This document shows positions 36,561 through 49,976 of a stretch of DNA of 50,563 nt, one piece after another. Numbering within the stretch: the stretch's first letter is position 1; each line of letters opens with the position of its first letter. The stretch is from the NCBI GenBank assembly GCA_018398765.1, contig JAHBMJ010000322.1:1-50563 (forward strand), read 5' to 3'. The translations under genes and the position numbers were made by a program. The DNA is from Chromera velia. Taxonomy: Eukaryota. The notes below the pieces were generated by a model that saw only the letters and a program-made list of their open reading frames with translations, was not told where the DNA came from and searched no databases.

Positions 36561-37429
36561 CTCAAACAACAAAACTGTGACTACACATACACGTGTGTCC
36601 AGAGTACATGCGGTGTAGGGAAAACAGTGGGGCAAGAAAGAAGCATAGGGCTAGGTAAGACGCATACCAGGCCGATACAGGACCGGAGATACCGTTGAGA
36701 GACGTTTGTGTGTACTACCAGTGAAAGGTTGAGTAGTATGCGTGCGCACATATATATGTTCATCGGCTTACTTGCAAGAGCTCAACGGCAAGACACGAGA
36801 TGGCAATGAAGCGCGGAGCCCCGATCATTTTGTAGAGTGGCTCTTTGATGCTTCAATTTGTCGTTTGTGATGGGTCGATCAAAGCTCCAGCGATTGACAG
36901 ATGTCAAAATTAAGGAGACGGCGAAGATTTTTCTCGCTCTTGGCGAACAATGAAACAAATGGAGTGTTGGTAGTTTTGCACGATTCTTCTGTGCACCAAA
37001 AGCTCGAGATTAAGTCAGGCAACAACTGTGAGTTATTCACGGAAACCATCGGGGAGACAAGCATGCGAACAGTCTCTTAACACCTTAGAATTGCAAACAT
37101 GCAATCAAACAAACATGCAATTTCATGCATGCGCACGCATGCATTAAAAAAAAATCCTCTTTTTTTACACGTTAGTTCGCGCGCTCTGCGCGCAGACTGA
37201 AGGGCCTTGATCGTCTATCGTTTGGGTCGGGGTGCGTCGGGGGAGCCACAAGCGGAAGTTGCGGAACACACACCCCAAGTCACGCGCAGCGGCCCGTCTA
37301 TGCCTGTCGCATGCTGGTATGCAATGATTTGATCAACACGTGGAGTGTTCAATTAAGAGAAAGTATTATTAAAGAGAAGGAAGTTCCAGAACAGATCTTT
37401 CGCCGCTTTCAGACACCTCGAAAAATTGG

Positions 37430-37552
37430 TAAATTCCTCTAAATTCTTGTATCTAAATTCCTTTAAATTTTATTTTAAGATATCTGTGTAGAATGTTCTA
37501 AATTCCTGTTTGAATTCCTCCAAATTTCTGTCTAAATTCCCTTAAACTCCTA
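37430..37552. repeat. Degenerate relic of the AAATTCCT(G/C)T sub-repeat arm of the fold-back MITE family
   Basis: aaattcctctaaattcttg...taaattcctgtttgaattcctccaaatttctgtctaaattccc resembles 12137-12258. Confidence 0.6.
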
Positions 37553-38023
37553 TCACTGGCTATCAGGACCTGTCTTAAATTTTTAGCTCTTGCAGAATTA
37601 TAATTTTTAGTTTCATTAAGTTTTATTCCGGATAGTAAAATACTAGAAAATTTTATTTAAATATATAAATTCGAACCCCAAATTTTTATTTAATTTAATT
37701 GGTCAATTAAATTGTCAATTAAAGACTTCCAGTTCTTTTTTAGAATTCAAAGTAAGTAAAGTTGTAAATCAATGGCCGGCACTGGCCTAGGCACTGGCCC
37801 GACAGTTGTCCATGTGACTCATGACTGCAGTCAACTTTCAGTGAACAATTATGAACCGCGGGGCAACCCAGAACATAAATCCTAATCCTAATCCTAATTA
37901 TATAAAAAATTAAAAGAACATAGTCCAGATAACAATAATAATATTGAATAATTTAAATTCAATTCATATGAACACTTGATTAAAAAATGATACATTACAA
38001 TGATCCTCATTAGGGGCTACCCG

Positions 38024-40092
38024 TAGTGACCATGTTTGATTTGATTTGATTTGATTTGATTTGAGGTAGGGCTTAAGCTCAAATCAAATATCCAGTCAGG
38101 GAGGACCTAGTATTTAAAGACCCTATCAAATACGATCAAATATTTGATCAATATGACTTTCAACCTCAAATATGAAGGTCTCGAAAAAACTTTTGCAAGT
38201 ACCGATCCGTCACGCATGCTGATTTAAATGAAAAAACCTAAATCTTGATGGTTTACTCTCAAAAAAAAAACGTTTTAAGCTGCACTGCAATTGACGTTTC
38301 ACTCCTTTTTACTTCATACAGAGGTAAACCGATTAGCTGAACGTTTTCCCGAACAGCTGTGTTAACTTTTTTGGTGCTGGAACATCTTTTACAGCCCCCT
38401 TTTTGAGCGTCTGCAAACATTTTACACCCCGTAAAGACATGTCACACAATCCGACAAGGTCGAACGGGAAGAAGGAGGCATTTGTTTTTAGAGCCGGGTA
38501 CGCAAAAAAAATATGGTCCATACAAAAGGGGGCAAATGTGATTCAGTGTCAGGTGAAAATACAAGGAGCCGAGGGGGAAGGAGAAACTATTTGTGGCTGT
38601 GAGTATGCAGCAGCGGCAACCAGTTCTTTTCAGACCCACCTCATCAATCAGCATGGCTTGACGATTACGTCTGACAAGCATGTGCAACTGCTCCAAGAAA
38701 GACAGGAGAAGTGGTCGGAGGGGGCGGAGGGGACGAAGTAGCCTGACGTGCGAACGTTTTTCCCCACCAAAGATGAAGCAGAAGCCGTGGTCGCACCATA
38801 TACAGAGACGCATAAGAAGAGAATCAAGTGCGATATGCTGACCACTGACTTTTTGGCCAGTGCTGGCTGGCCTCATCTCATAGAAAACAAGGCATTGCGA
38901 AAGCTGGTCAAGGCACTGGACCCCCGCTACCATCTCCCGTCTGTGGGGAAGGTGCAGAGACTTCTGCTCCCAACACTGAAGAACGAGATTATTCTGTCAA
39001 TCAAAGACAGGTTGAGAAAAGCAGCGACCCGACGAGTGTCGATCATCCTCGACATGTGGTCGTATTCAAGAAAGTCAGGGTTCCTGGCGATCATAATCCA
39101 TTGGCTGAGAGAGAACTTTGAGATAGATTTAGCCTCCTTTTTGGATCTCGAGACGACAATCTACCACGGGGCTGAGCAGATCGGAGAGATGGTTCGAAAG
39201 GTCCTGAATCTGCTCGGGATTTCGCTTGAGGAAGTTCTTGCTGCTACGCGGGAGGACCAATTTGAAACCAAAGAAGGCGGCCGCAGACGCAAATGCTGAG
39301 AAGGCTGGGGGGAAACTTCCCCTTCCTGAGAAAGTCATCACTCCGGGTGAGGAAGGCTACCGACCTCTCTATATTCACCTCCAATACAAGGGGCTTATTG
39401 TCGGCCCTGGCGCGGTACAGAGGGTAGCCGAACTTACCAACTCTGGATGCTTAGCTGCCCAGAAACAGGACGGTTCCAACACTAACAGCAATAGCAAAGG
39501 TGTACGTGGTTCTCCGTCTTACCCCGTTGTCATCTCTCCACAACCGAATAGAAGCCCAAGAGTACTCACTTCTGGAAAGCCGAAAAGCCAGAGAAAAAGC
39601 TCTCAGCAGCTCCCACCACCGATCAATTCGATTCACATTGAAGAAAGTGATCATGAAGAAGAGGAAAAGGAAGTGCCATAAAGCTGAGTGATTGTCACCT
39701 CAATTTTGGTACGTGCTCTAACTTTATCGTATCAACAAAAAGTCATATGCAATTTCAAATCTATCAATTTTACGTTCTTAATCTCTATTAGTACTAGAGT
39801 GAGTCTCAGTGACTAGTGTATATACACTGCCACACAGGCATATTTTTTTTACGGAACTGATAAGTTATAATTTTATATATATTTTTTTAAATTTTTGAAA
39901 CACACATCAGAAATGTTCTGATAACTATTGTCATGAGAAAAATGATCAGAGTGACAGTAAGTCAGTGACTCAGTGAGGAACCCTAAGAGGTTAACCTCAA
40001 ATCTTACCTCAAATATCAAATATTTGAGGTTGAAGCTCAAATCAAATCAAATCAAATCAAATCAAATATAATCAAATCAAACATGGTCACTA
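38024..40092 (+). mobile_element. hAT DNA transposon, internally deleted (2069 bp); 23-bp TIR, 8-bp TSD GCTACCCG
   Basis: TAGTGACCATGTTTGATTTGATT inverted at both ends; GCTACCCG at 38016-38023 and 40093-40100; subterminal (GATTT)n/(AAATC)n arrays. Confidence 0.95.
38439..39681 (+). pseudogene. hAT transposase pseudogene (BED-like finger, dimerisation region, first catalytic Asp, probable C-terminal tail)
   Basis: IW...C...C...TSSFQTHLINQH; in-frame TAG at 38739; ENKALRKLVKALDPRYHLPS; VSIILDMWS...FLAIIIHWL. Similarity breaks near 39250, then an acidic-tailed ORF runs to 39681. Confidence 0.85.
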
Positions 40093-40285
40093 GCTACCCG
40101 AGGCCGTGTGTACGATCACTTCTAAGCAGCAACCAATGTATGACTATTGTATGTCAGACTGGAGATAAAATGATATTAAAATCTATTGACGAGCAGAAAA
40201 ACTGTCAAAACTAATTTCAAAGCACTACATGTATGGATATATGCGCACGCATGCATGCAATGTGCAGCTTTCTGTTCAATTAGTG

Positions 40286-43200
40286 TCATGGCACCTTCAA
40301 ATCAGTCAAACCAAACAGCCGTTTGTCTCGCTCCCGAAATTTATCGAAGACTTGCGTGAGGGACCGTTTGTCTTCCAGGGGCCATGCTCGTGCCTCTGCC
40401 CTCAATATCCGCAAAAGTCTCTCCTGCGTCTGGATATACTCTGGATCCTCCGCATGCTCCTCCAAGTGGGACCACCACACGTGCATCGCTTGCACCAGCT
40501 CCTCTCGACTTGGCCTCTCACAGTCCCACGGTTTCCTGTGCAAATCTTTTGCTTTCGATGCTGTCTCCTCCAAATGTTTTGTGACAAACAGAGCTCCTGA
40601 CTTTAATAGACTCGCAGACACACCCCCTGGACGCCTCAAGGTCGCACAATCGGTCGCTGCTACCCCCCTTTGAGCAGAGCGTGCTGCTGTGCTATGACCC
40701 TCTCTGGGCAATGAAGAAGAAGAAGACGTGGAAGAAGATGCAGATGATGCTGCTGCGAGTCTGTGCGTCTCTACCCGCAGACGCTCACACTCATCGATCC
40801 CGACCAGCGCTCTGATGACCTGCCGGGCACCCTCGGCTCCGTGCAGGGTTGGAGGAGCAGAGACCTGCTTCCCATCGTGGTCGACACCGAAGTCCGTAGA
40901 CCTTCCCAATTCAGTTGTCAGACTGACATACATTTTTTGACTCAGACAGCTGACGAAAAGGGAGAATGCACGCTCTAGATGATCCAACTGCTTCACTCCC
41001 ACACCCTCCAACAACTGCTCATACGTCAACGGAGAGGCTCTGCCGGCAGGCCAAAGGACCCGAAGTCCTGCTCCAACCAGCCTGTGCTTTCCTCCTCTTT
41101 GAAGGTTTTCATCGTCAGAGAGGGAATCCCCCCTTCCTGTTGTGGAAGTGGAAGGATCTTCCCTTGCGTCCTTCCCTTCCCCCTCCCCTTCTTTCTCTCT
41201 GTCTACAGGGGAAGTCTCGGGGTTTCTTTCAAACCAGGGAAAAGCAGTCGCATGCCCTTGCTTCCCCCTGCGGTATCGAAATCTCCCCTCTGGCCTGATG
41301 TCGAACACCACCCCTCTCTCTACCCCTCTGCCCCCCCCGTCCCCCACCCGATCGGAGGACGAGCCCGATGCTTCCTCCCCTTTCCGTTCATCCTTTCGTT
41401 CTCCAATCACCAGGGCCAACCAGAGCAGAGGGAGGGCAGCAGCCACGTCTGCGCAGAAACCGCTCCCGCCGCTTCCTTGGGACTGTACTTGGGTAGTCGC
41501 GGCCCCGAAAAGCGCTTGTGCGAAGGGGACGGGCATCACGGCCATCTCTGTGAAGGCTTGCTGCATCAACACGGTCGCGCGAAACGAGGGGAAGAGCAAG
41601 AAGGAAAAAATGCAACAAGTGAAAAGACCAGTCAGTGGCAATGTTGACAAAACCGGGATGATGTGAAGACCGAAGGCAAACATAAGCCAAGGGAGGAAGA
41701 ATTCGAAAGATGCCAGTCGAAAGAAAACTGTTGGCATGGCCGGACACGACCGGAGAAAAAGCGGTTATCAGGGCGCTTGACGTTGTGTCACCTTCTTCAG
41801 ACATGCGTCCCAGAGAAGCCAGCTGAAGTTCTGATGATAACAGGAAGAGAGAAAAACACAAAAATGAAGACAGGCGGACAGATCTGCAAAAAAAAAAAAC
41901 AAGAAGGAAAGAGCGTCTTTCTACCGGCCTGCCTGCTTTCTGCCTCTTTGCGTGCCTGTTTGTCACCCACCCTTCCACGCTGTCCTTTCCCCTCTCCTCC
42001 CCTCCCTGATGCACCGACCGACCGTGAGGCATCTGAGGTTGTCCTGTTGGAAAGTCGGGCTTGAAGAGACAAACGCCGAGGCCAGACCGTTCAGAACGAC
42101 GGAACTCAGGTACGGGGACTGCAGGGAGGTGGACAGGCAGAGAAGGTGGGTTGTGAAGACAGACACACACACACACACACACAGAGTTTTACGCTCCGCT
42201 CTGCGGTCATCTTTGGTCGCTCTACAAAATTGTTACGTGTCGGTCTTCCTGCCGTCCTGCTACCTTATCCTTGTCGGCGTATCTGACTGTTGACTATGTG
42301 TGGCTGTCTTCCTGTCCATTCATCTCTTTGCGTATTTCTCTTCTGAAGTTCCCTGCTGACTGATGCATGCACTGCCTGACTTCCTGACTGACTCTGGATG
42401 CCATCCAGGCGAAGTTGACCAGTTCCCAGGGGTCTGAGCAGCGCCCTAGTGTTTCTCTCAGACACTCCACGCAGAGAGCATGCACTCCCTGCATCGACAG
42501 ACAAGGGAATTGAGAGAGGAGAGACTGTAGCCACAGGGAGGATGCACAGGGAATGACAACGGTGATCACCTTTCAGCTGAGGATCCAGCAGTCGCATTGT
42601 TCCTCCGCTCATGGCTGCACGTCTGCGGGTTTCTGAACGTGTAAATAGGTGCGTCTCTGTACGTTTCTTTCTGTGCCTATCCACATTTACTGGCTGCATG
42701 GGACATTGTCTCCACGTGGAATGACAGACTATCCGAAGGCTCTCGCTCACCAAATGACTGCAGAAAGAATGAATGCATTGCTGACCGGATCCACAGCCTC
42801 GGCGAGCGGCTCCAGGCTCAGTGCCTCGGCAAATCGGAGTTGCGGTTGTAGGAGTTCCAGCTGCACAGGCCAAACCAAAAAGACAGAATGAGAGAGAATG
42901 GCAAAAAGGGTGTCGGTCTTTCCACAGAAGTGCTGTAGGGAGAGGACAGCGAAGAACATCACTTTATTTTGAGGACAACTCAGGCCATTCGAGAACAAAC
43001 GGCATGAGGTCCAGAAAAGAAAAATGTGGGCGAAGGAGAGAAGAAGAAGAAGAAGAAGAAGAAGAAGAAAACGCGAAACAACAACAAACGACTCGTTTTC
43101 TTTCTGATGACCCCCCACCCACCTGTCGCGCCCTCTCAGTGAGTTTCTGACGGTTCCAGTCGGACAGAAGAACATCCCTTCCGGCCCCCGCCGCCCAAGT

Positions 43201-46200
43201 GAATTCTCCCAGAAAGTGGTCAAGAACGAGAGTCTGCAAGAAGCAGAGAGTTCGAAGGGCATAGATTACCATCAGCCGTCAATGAACGCAGGGAGAGAGG
43301 CATAATGTATTTTCTTTTCTTTTCTTTTCTTCTACTTGACGTCTTCACGAATATCTCACGGACAGACAGGCAGACCGACCGCCAGTGAGAGACCCAGGAA
43401 AAGGAACAAGAAAAGAGACAGACTCATGGCCAATCCGCCTACCTGTAAGCGGTGTGGCTTGTACTCAGTCGACCCGTTTCCTTGGACTGCGTGAACGCGG
43501 GCGTGGCATGCAAGCACTGCCGCCACAGTCTCGCACTCCCGCCACGCCTCTCGAGCCTCCGCCCCTCCTCTTTCTTCAGCTACCGACGTGCACTTTCTGA
43601 CTGCAAAGGCTGCGTTGGCGACTAGGTTGTTGTCTCTCACGTCGACGTCCCTGTTTATGATCTCTCTGTTAGGGCGAAATTGTGGACAGGAGAAAAAGAC
43701 AGAATGAAGGCGGGAAAGAAGAGGTGAGAGAGGAGAGCATGAATGCAGATTCGGAGGACAGAAACGACTCGAAATGCGAAGGACATAAAGAGAGAGGAAA
43801 AAAGGGATGTTCAACGAAAGGAAACGACAACGCAGACACACGAAATGAGAAAAGGAGGATAGCCAAGACAATCGCTTACGACGCCCAAACGCCAGTTCCT
43901 CAACTCGCTTGACGCATGAAGGGACGCGGAGAGCAGTTCTCCGCAGACCACACCATGCACTCGGATGATATCGGTGCAACCAACAGCAGAAGAAAACAAA
44001 TGCAGACAGGCACATGCCGTCACGATTCCCAAACTCACTGCAAGAAAGGGAGCAGCAGTTCAGGTTCCACTGTCGCCACTTCCTCTGCAGAAGAGGCCCC
44101 GACTGCCCACAGGACTGCCGTCAGCATCTTTTCGCTTACGTACTCCTGCACAGACAGACAGAAAGGCGTGTTTTTGTGAATGTTTGATACACGGAGAGGG
44201 GGGGAGAAAGGAGAAACGGACAAATAAGCAAATGGCGGAAGAATTCGCCGCCAAACAACGCAAAAGAGGGGGTGAAGCCAATCAGTCATCTGCACACTTC
44301 CTCGACCTTCAAGCAAAAGGCATGCAGGTAGGTCACAAGACAGAGAGCCCTTCCAAAATCTGTCAATTCAGCAGTTCAACTTGCTTTTCTGATTTATGCA
44401 CACAGACGCCCGTTTGATTCCTTCTCATTCCCCCTTTCGACCTCTCGAGCGTTCAGTGCTGCAACGATCAGCTTCAAAGCAGGTCTCAGAATCGGCCCTC
44501 GCTCCTCTTCATCTCCTTTACTGCCCCCCTGTCGCGCCTCAACCCCTGTCTTCTCCCCGTCACTCCCGTGAGTAGTTGACCCCTGCTGCTGCTGCTTCCT
44601 GCCCTCATACTCCATGCGAACGACAGCCCAGAGACCCAGCCCCGCGTTCAGGGCCCGAATGCCCCACGACCGCAAAGATCGTTGGAAGATCCAGCGGAAG
44701 TGCGCAAACCCGGGAGCATCACTGCCGAGCCCTGCCTTCGCAGCAGCGAAGAGGAACTCAGGAGCGACACCGGGAGACTGCAAATAGAGCTCCTCCCGAT
44801 GAGGGTTTTCTTTGCGGTCAGCAACGACTATCTTCAGAATGGCCTCAGTGAAGGGCAGGTAAGCAGGACCGCCCGAAGCAAACGCACAGGCGAGTGCCGA
44901 GAGGCACCCAGGGCTCGCACGCGGTGCTGCAGCCTGCAGGCAGAGAAACGAATGGGGGGGAAGGCGGGAAGACACCTATCCGGGTGCAGGATGGACCAGA
45001 GAAGAGAATGGTAAAAATGGGGGTGAAAAAGGATGATGACTCGAAACGGGCGGCAAACATTGATTGGTGAATTCCTCGGACGCAACAGGAATTGCCATTT
45101 TTTGCATTATGGAGTCACTAAAGTACCGCCGACGAAGCTCGGATGTCTGTCTGTTTGCCTGCGTGCCTCTCTGTTTGCCTGTCTGCCCGCCTTCATGTCG
45201 GTCGGTCGGCCTGTCTGACTGCCAAGTATGCGTGTCGTTTCATCTCCAGGAGGCAAACTCGCTGCTGCGTTTCCGACCGACCGACGGACCGTTGCGATCT
45301 CGACTGCCTGCCATGCAGTTCTCATGCTCAGTCGTCTGGTGGTTGCCAGGGCGTACACCAATGCCTGAATGCGAGGAAGCTCTTTGAAAGACCGGGAGGC
45401 GAAGAAGTCAGGACGTTCCTCCTTCGAAGCCAGAAGCTCCGTGAGGCGTCGGTCTGTCTCTGCCACGATGGCAGTCCAGAAAGAATCTAATTTCGGACAC
45501 TCTTCGAGACCCATCTGTGCTGCCCGAGAGAACCCCAAAATCTGGAGTCTCTGCAAAACCTCTGGTCGTTGCAGAACCCGCATCAGACCCACAACCATAC
45601 CCTCACCCTCCTCCTCAGGCGCTGACGTCGGCCCCCATCTCCTCAACGCGAAATGGACATTCAATGCGTCATTCACAACGCTTATGTGGGCAGATGAGCT
45701 ATCACGCTCTCTGTTTAACTGTGTCTCCATTCTCTGCAAAAAGTCAACAAACAGAGCCTCAGCGGCACGATGTAACTCTGGCGTCACAGCGTTCAGAATC
45801 GAGAGGCCGTAGATCGTGCCTGAAATTTCCCTCAACCCATATGCAACGAACCTCAATCCCCTCCCCTTCTCTAGTTCCTCCTTGCATATCTGTGTTGTGC
45901 GCTGTGCAAGACGCAAAAGCAGATGCAAAACTGCCGGACCTTTTATCTCGTCCAACAGCTTTTGCCTTCCTGCCTTGGAGGATTTGTTCGCTGCTGATCT
46001 CTGCTGCACTCCTGCAATCGAAACCACCAGGTGGCGCACAACCGAAATCCCTCCCTCTCTTTGCACAGTCCCCCTTTCTTCACTCCTGTCAAGGAGCTCC
46101 ACTGCACGCACAGAGAACATCGAAATCGCCTGTGCATCCACCCAGCCGACATGGGCGATGGCCTTGAACATATGACCAACGGCCGTGAGGCTGTCACTTC

Positions 46201-47689
46201 GTATGCTGCCTGGAATCAGGCAGGCAAAGATCGCGACTGCCCGGAGTCCCCTCTGCGTGTGTAAGGGTTGGCCGTTGGAATTCCGAAAGGGCCCAGAGAA
46301 TTCCTCCCCCCTCATTGCCTTCTCAAGGGGGAAGTTGAAAGAAGCAAGTTGATCCCGAATTTCATCAGTGAACAAACATCGAGCAGGGGGTGTATCTGGG
46401 TTCTCTAAGAGTGCCAAGGACCGAATCATGCTCGTAACTTCGGGGGAGTGGGCTCTCGACAACTGGGAGATAATCAGAGGGGGAGGCGGGGCATCTGCAT
46501 CAACACGCCCCCCGTGTCTCTTTACATGAGAAGGGGCGTCGTTCAGCAGCACGGCACACGCGGCGGTCGAGAGCGCTTCCAACAAACCTCTGTTGGTGTT
46601 TCGTCGGGGAATAATGGAACCTAAAAACTTGGAAATCGACCTCAATCTCAGCGTCGTCCATTTCTCTTTTCTATGCCCCTGTCGCATGATCACCAGACCC
46701 AACCAAAGGAGCTGTTCTTCCCATCCCATCAACGCTCCCCCGTCCCCAGCCGGATCCCTTAACTCAACCTTTTGTACAAAACGCCTTCCGAAAGCAATAC
46801 TCCCCCCCAACAATTCAAAAGTCGCTGACCCCAAATCAATCAACGCTCCCAATTCCTCCAACGCCTCGGAATTTCGCTTTCCGGGACCAGCATTACCTCC
46901 CCGTCTCTCATCAACCAATCCTTCTGCCATCTCCATCTCTGCCCGTCTCACTTTCTGCACGAGCGGTTGGAGGCGATTGTGGGAGGCCTGGAGGAGGGTG
47001 GCAACCCAGGCCTGGGCGTGGGGACTGTCGGCCATCCAGTTCATCGCTTCCCTCGGACTTTCTACCCTCGGACCGAGGGTGCGGCTCCAGAGAACTGACA
47101 GGCGCTGGAGGAGATCGATGATTGGCATGTTGTCGAGCTCAAGACGAAGTTTGCGCGCTGTCTCTGGACTTGGGAGGTCCAGGGTTTTCTCGAGGAAACG
47201 AATCACGTCTATATGGACGTGCGTGCGCAGGGCAGCGATGTAGAGCTCCACACGCTCCAACACCGAGGGCATCCGTCCTGCTGCCCACTGACGGCCCCTT
47301 GCTGCAAACGCCAACGCGTCATCCCAGGAACAGCCGCGAGCGAAAGACTGGGGATCTGCAAGTTTTGCTTGTGGGGAGACGACTACTTTGTCTGACAAAG
47401 CAACCGTGCCCGTCTCTATGACACGGTAACTCGTCAATGCAGATGATCCTGCACGTCTCTCCCCATTCCTTTCCTTACCCCCCACCCATACACGATTGTC
47501 ATGGGAAAGGAGATTCTCTGAGACTTTTGCCTGAAGAGCAACCGAAGCTCTGGTCTCTCTTTTCTGTGAACTTGGGCCACGCCGTCTCTGCGGGTGCCAC
47601 GTGCTCTTCGGAAAGACGAACTTAAATGCAGAGACTGATGTGAACGGCAAAACCAGACAAATGAGAAGAGAACAGAGACACCAGCGCAT
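40286..47689 (-). CDS. Large multi-exon protein with a bipartite (signal plus transit) leader and degenerate helical repeats; putatively plastid-targeted. 3' exon structure only partly resolved; could be two genes
   Basis: MRWCLCSLLICLVLPFTSVSA-FKF followed by an R/S/K-rich stretch. Exon 1 47689-45290 (800 codons) and exon 2 44933-44442 join in phase 0. Further GT-AG exons lie near 44040-44145, 43443-43665, 43123-43233, 42752-42860, 42380-42487 and 42000-42120, and a long last exon ends at 40286. Confidence 0.7.
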
Positions 47690-49569
47690 GGTGCACACGT
47701 CAGAGAGTCAGAAAAGCACAGCAGGTCTCTGTAAGGGTGTGTCGGTGTGTTACGATAGCATGAGAGCGAACAACGGTTGCACAGTCGTCTCCGACTGCTA
47801 GAGAAGGACACCTCGCGTTTTGCAACGGGGCAGCGATCGACAACTTACACAAGAAAGCTGAGTAAGCACTTCCTTTGGAACTGTCCAGCGCACATATGCG
47901 TGCTGCTGTCCTTATTGTGCAATCTTATGTGGCGGCAGCTGTGTGATGCTGCGTGGAATTCCGATGAATTTCGTCGTCTCGAGATGCCGCGAAATTTTGC
48001 GGCACGAGAAAAAAAAAAATTAAAAAAGTGCGCTGTTTTGGTCAAGTGCCCGGGCCTCACACGCATCTGGACTTTCCGGGGCCGCGCATACAGCAGAGCT
48101 CAATATCATCAGCTAGTGCGGCCCACTGTGCGGCGTGGTGCCTACATGGAAGGGCGCAAGCCCCAAAAGGGCCCGAGCCCAGGACAAGAGGCACGTCCCT
48201 CCCTACCTACAACGCACAGTCAGAAAAGTGCTCATTGTAGCTCATTGGAAAAAAAAATGCTAAGAGGTGTTATTTGTCCCACATGATATCCTACATTAAG
48301 GTTTTTATAAAGTTTTACTTTCCGAAGTCTTTAGTGTTAATCAAAAGTAATTCAAAGGTTTTCAAACATACATAACGATTAGTTCTCGACAACAACTTCA
48401 ACGAATCAATACTAACGATGGTAAACGATAGATTCACATTGAATTATAAATTATCATATCGAAGATGATAACTTTTGATAATCCGAGTGATTATCTCACC
48501 TCTTAGAATATTTTTAAAATAACAACATTTACCCTTATCAAACAAAGAATCTTCGTTTAAAAAGTATCAGACGGTCCAGTCTATCCTAGAGTCTATCTTA
48601 AAAGTCTTTCATAGCTCTATAAATAACATAATTTGAATATCCAGTGGTAACTGTCCGCACATACAACAGAGCTCTTTTAATACTATTTGTAGACTATTTA
48701 ACATAATTTAAGTTTATGTCAGAATGTGTCAAAGACTGTTACTAGGGCCTCAGTATGCCCCGCGGGGTGGAGAATTATCGGTCTACACTTTCAAAGTATA
48801 AGTTTTAATCAGAAAGTCTCAGTACTAGTTTCAGTGACGGTTTTAGCATTGAAAATTAGCAGAACATTAAACTTAGCATTTTCGACTAGATTTTTGAGTT
48901 TTATGTAGAGTTTTGTTTGTTTACGCCTCGATACCACGTATGGCCAACCATATAAATAAGTGTCAAATACCATACCAAACTACAACAAATAATACCTTTC
49001 ACCCAATACTCCCCGGAACCTTGCCTCTTTGAACTACTTTGAACTAAAACCACCTTATTCTATACTTTTTTGTAGTATTTATAACTTCTATACGTATAGC
49101 CTAGGTCTTTCAACTGTTCTCTTCCTCGCCCCTATATGAATATATTCTAGAATTCCCTTGCCCGGACCCGTTGATACTATAAATTAAGATGTAAGGCATT
49201 GTAAGCAGCACGTTTAAGTTCCTCGGTCAACTCGCTGTTAGATCTGGCAAGAAAACTTGTCCACACTCCCTTCAATCCAGCAGAGAGCCAGACAGAAAGC
49301 TCCTAACGCATCTCTAATTTCTGCATATTATTATCATGAAGATACAGGAGTACTGTAATGCCCGCAGGCTCACACAGAAAGTCAACATCCATTATCGCAC
49401 AGATGCACACGTCGTCAAATTGGATGTACAAAAAAAATTGGACAGACAGACTCACTTTAAAACATTTTGCACAGTAAACGAAAGCGAGTGACGGGAGGGA
49501 AGAAGGCACGTGAGAGAAAGAGCCGATATTCCGGATTGAATGTTAGCACTCTTCTTCAAGCTCGGTAAC

Positions 49570-49976
<407 letters not shown>

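Noticed and set aside
37878..37898. (AATCCT)3 telomere-like hexamers
   Set aside because: Only three copies, not the TTAGGG or TTTAGGG unit, and internal; treated as a simple repeat.
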